Shown here in pieces: positions 40,948 to 41,718 of a DNA stretch of 41,718 nucleotides. The position numbers were made by a program, and so were the translations under genes. Every line of letters starts with the position of its first letter. The first letter of the stretch is position 1. The notes beneath the pieces are model-generated. The model was given only the letters and a program-made list of their open reading frames with translations, had not been told where the DNA came from and did not search any database. The stretch covers positions 197,944 to 239,661 of the forward strand of contig CP060230.1 in the NCBI GenBank assembly GCA_023898605.1, given 5' to 3'. Source of the stretch: Candidatus Nomurabacteria bacterium (GTDB lineage: Bacteria; Patescibacteriota; Minisyncoccia; Phycocordibacterales; UBA9973).

Positions 40948-41718
40948 ATGGATCAAAAGATAAAAATACTAAGGGGCGAGGACATCCCAAAACGACTTCT
41001 GGAGATTCCCAAACCTCCAAAAGCCATAAGTATAAGAGGTGCCCTCCCAGAAGAAAGTATGATTTATCTCACAGTTATAGGTTCTAGAAAATACACTCGG
41101 TACGGAAAGGAAGTTATAGAAAAACTAATCTCTAGTCTCCGAGGAAGAAATGTAGTTATAGTCTCTGGACTTGCTCTCGGTATAGATTCTCTTGCACACG
41201 AAGAAGCTATAAAGAATGGACTCAAAACAATCGCCTTTCCGGGATCTGGACTCGACCCGAAAGTCATATATCCAAGAACAAACTTTTCTCTTGCAGAAAA
41301 AATAGTTTCTTCTGGAGGCGCACTCGTTTCGGAGTTTGCACTAGATCAGAGAGCGACCCGTTGGACATTTCCACAAAGAAACAGACTCATGGCAGGAATA
41401 TCTGACGCGATTCTTATAATAGAAGCAGAAGCAAAGTCGGGCTCACTCATAACAACAACTCTAGGACTAGACTACAACAAAAACATCCTTACAGTTCCAG
41501 GGCCTATATTTTCTGAAACTTCGATTGGAACAAACAATCTATTGAAACAAGGTGCAACACCGATAACAAATGCCAAGGATCTACTAGAAGCTCTGGGTCT
41601 TGCAGAAGAAAAAGATACAGAAGAAGAAATAGATCTAGAAGATCTAACGGACGAGGAAAGAACATTGCTCGAAAATCTAAAAGAACCGAGAGATAAAGAT
41701 GAACTCATAAGACTCTCT
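40948..41718 (+). CDS. dprA: DNA-processing protein DprA/Smf, 3' end outside the window (absent from the supplied ORF track)
   Basis: Hand-translated from ATG 40948: MDQKIKILRGEDIPKRLLEIPKPPKAISIRG..VIGSRKYTRYGKEV..VSGLALGIDSLAHEEAI..FPQRNRLMAGISDAILIIEAEAKSGSLIT. It is open to the last base (257 codons). Confidence 0.85.
   Translation, partial: MDQKIKILRGEDIPKRLLEIPKPPKAISIRGALPEESMIYLTVIGSRKYTRYGKEVIEKLISSLRGRNVVIVSGLALGIDSLAHEEAIKNGLKTIAFPGSGLDPKVIYPRTNFSLAEKIVSSGGALVSEFALDQRATRWTFPQRNRLMAGISDAILIIEAEAKSGSLITTTLGLDYNKNILTVPGPIFSETSIGTNNLLKQGATPITNAKDLLEALGLAEEKDTEEEIDLEDLTDEERTLLENLKEPRDKDELIRLS

Noticed and set aside
41064-41708. Two minus-strand ORFs (67 and 78 aa)
   Set aside because: They are antisense to the clear dprA reading frame.
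1-41718. CRISPR arrays, rRNA genes, transposases/integrases, reverse transcriptases
   Set aside because: I saw no regularly spaced direct repeats, no rRNA-like conserved stretches, and no ORF with recombinase or RT motifs on either strand.

Overview
This is a 41.7-kb, gene-dense, AT-rich bacterial chromosomal window. G+C was judged by eye and not computed. Most of it is housekeeping. There is a priA 3' part, rpsU, ybeY, ftsA, ftsZ and trxB. A minimal dcw block follows (mraZ-rsmH-ftsL-like-ftsI, with MraZ boxes upstream), then lysS, greA, a second class-B PBP, a sigma-70 factor, two tandem serine hydrolases, a short dnaX, dus, an ftsQ-like gene, serS and a dprA 5' part. Two tRNAs are present (Glu-CUC, Gln-UUG). 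The short housekeeping proteins, apparent lack of Shine-Dalgarno sites and cohesin-type surface proteins suggest a reduced-genome lineage such as Patescibacteria/CPR. That assignment is inference only.

Two regions stand out.

(1) A ~5.6-kb accessory segment (about 5263-10856) lies between trxB and the 3' end of tRNA-Glu. It ends in a truncated hydrolase gene. It carries a tightly coupled three-gene operon (8534-10506): a STAS-like + GHKL ATPase, a STAS-like DUF4325 protein and a two-TM protein. This operon is my best candidate for an undescribed defence or partner-switch system. The segment also holds a tandem GIY-YIG protein, DoxX, YdeI/OmdA, orphan genes with visibly higher G+C, and a family of TTTTGTG/CACAAAA palindromes.

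(2) A ~14-kb, seven-gene, single-strand operon (18856-32737) encodes only secreted or membrane-anchored proteins. Its first gene encodes a 2547-aa giant protein with duplicated acidic modules, Asp-box-like repeats, a Thr/Gly/Ser beta-helix-like region and a C-terminal domain shared with the next gene. A DUF916-like anchored protein, a dockerin protein and two membrane-anchored cohesin proteins follow. I read this as a candidate cell-surface attachment complex that combines Csc/WxL-like and cohesin-dockerin logic.

No CRISPR array, rRNA, integrase or transposase was seen.
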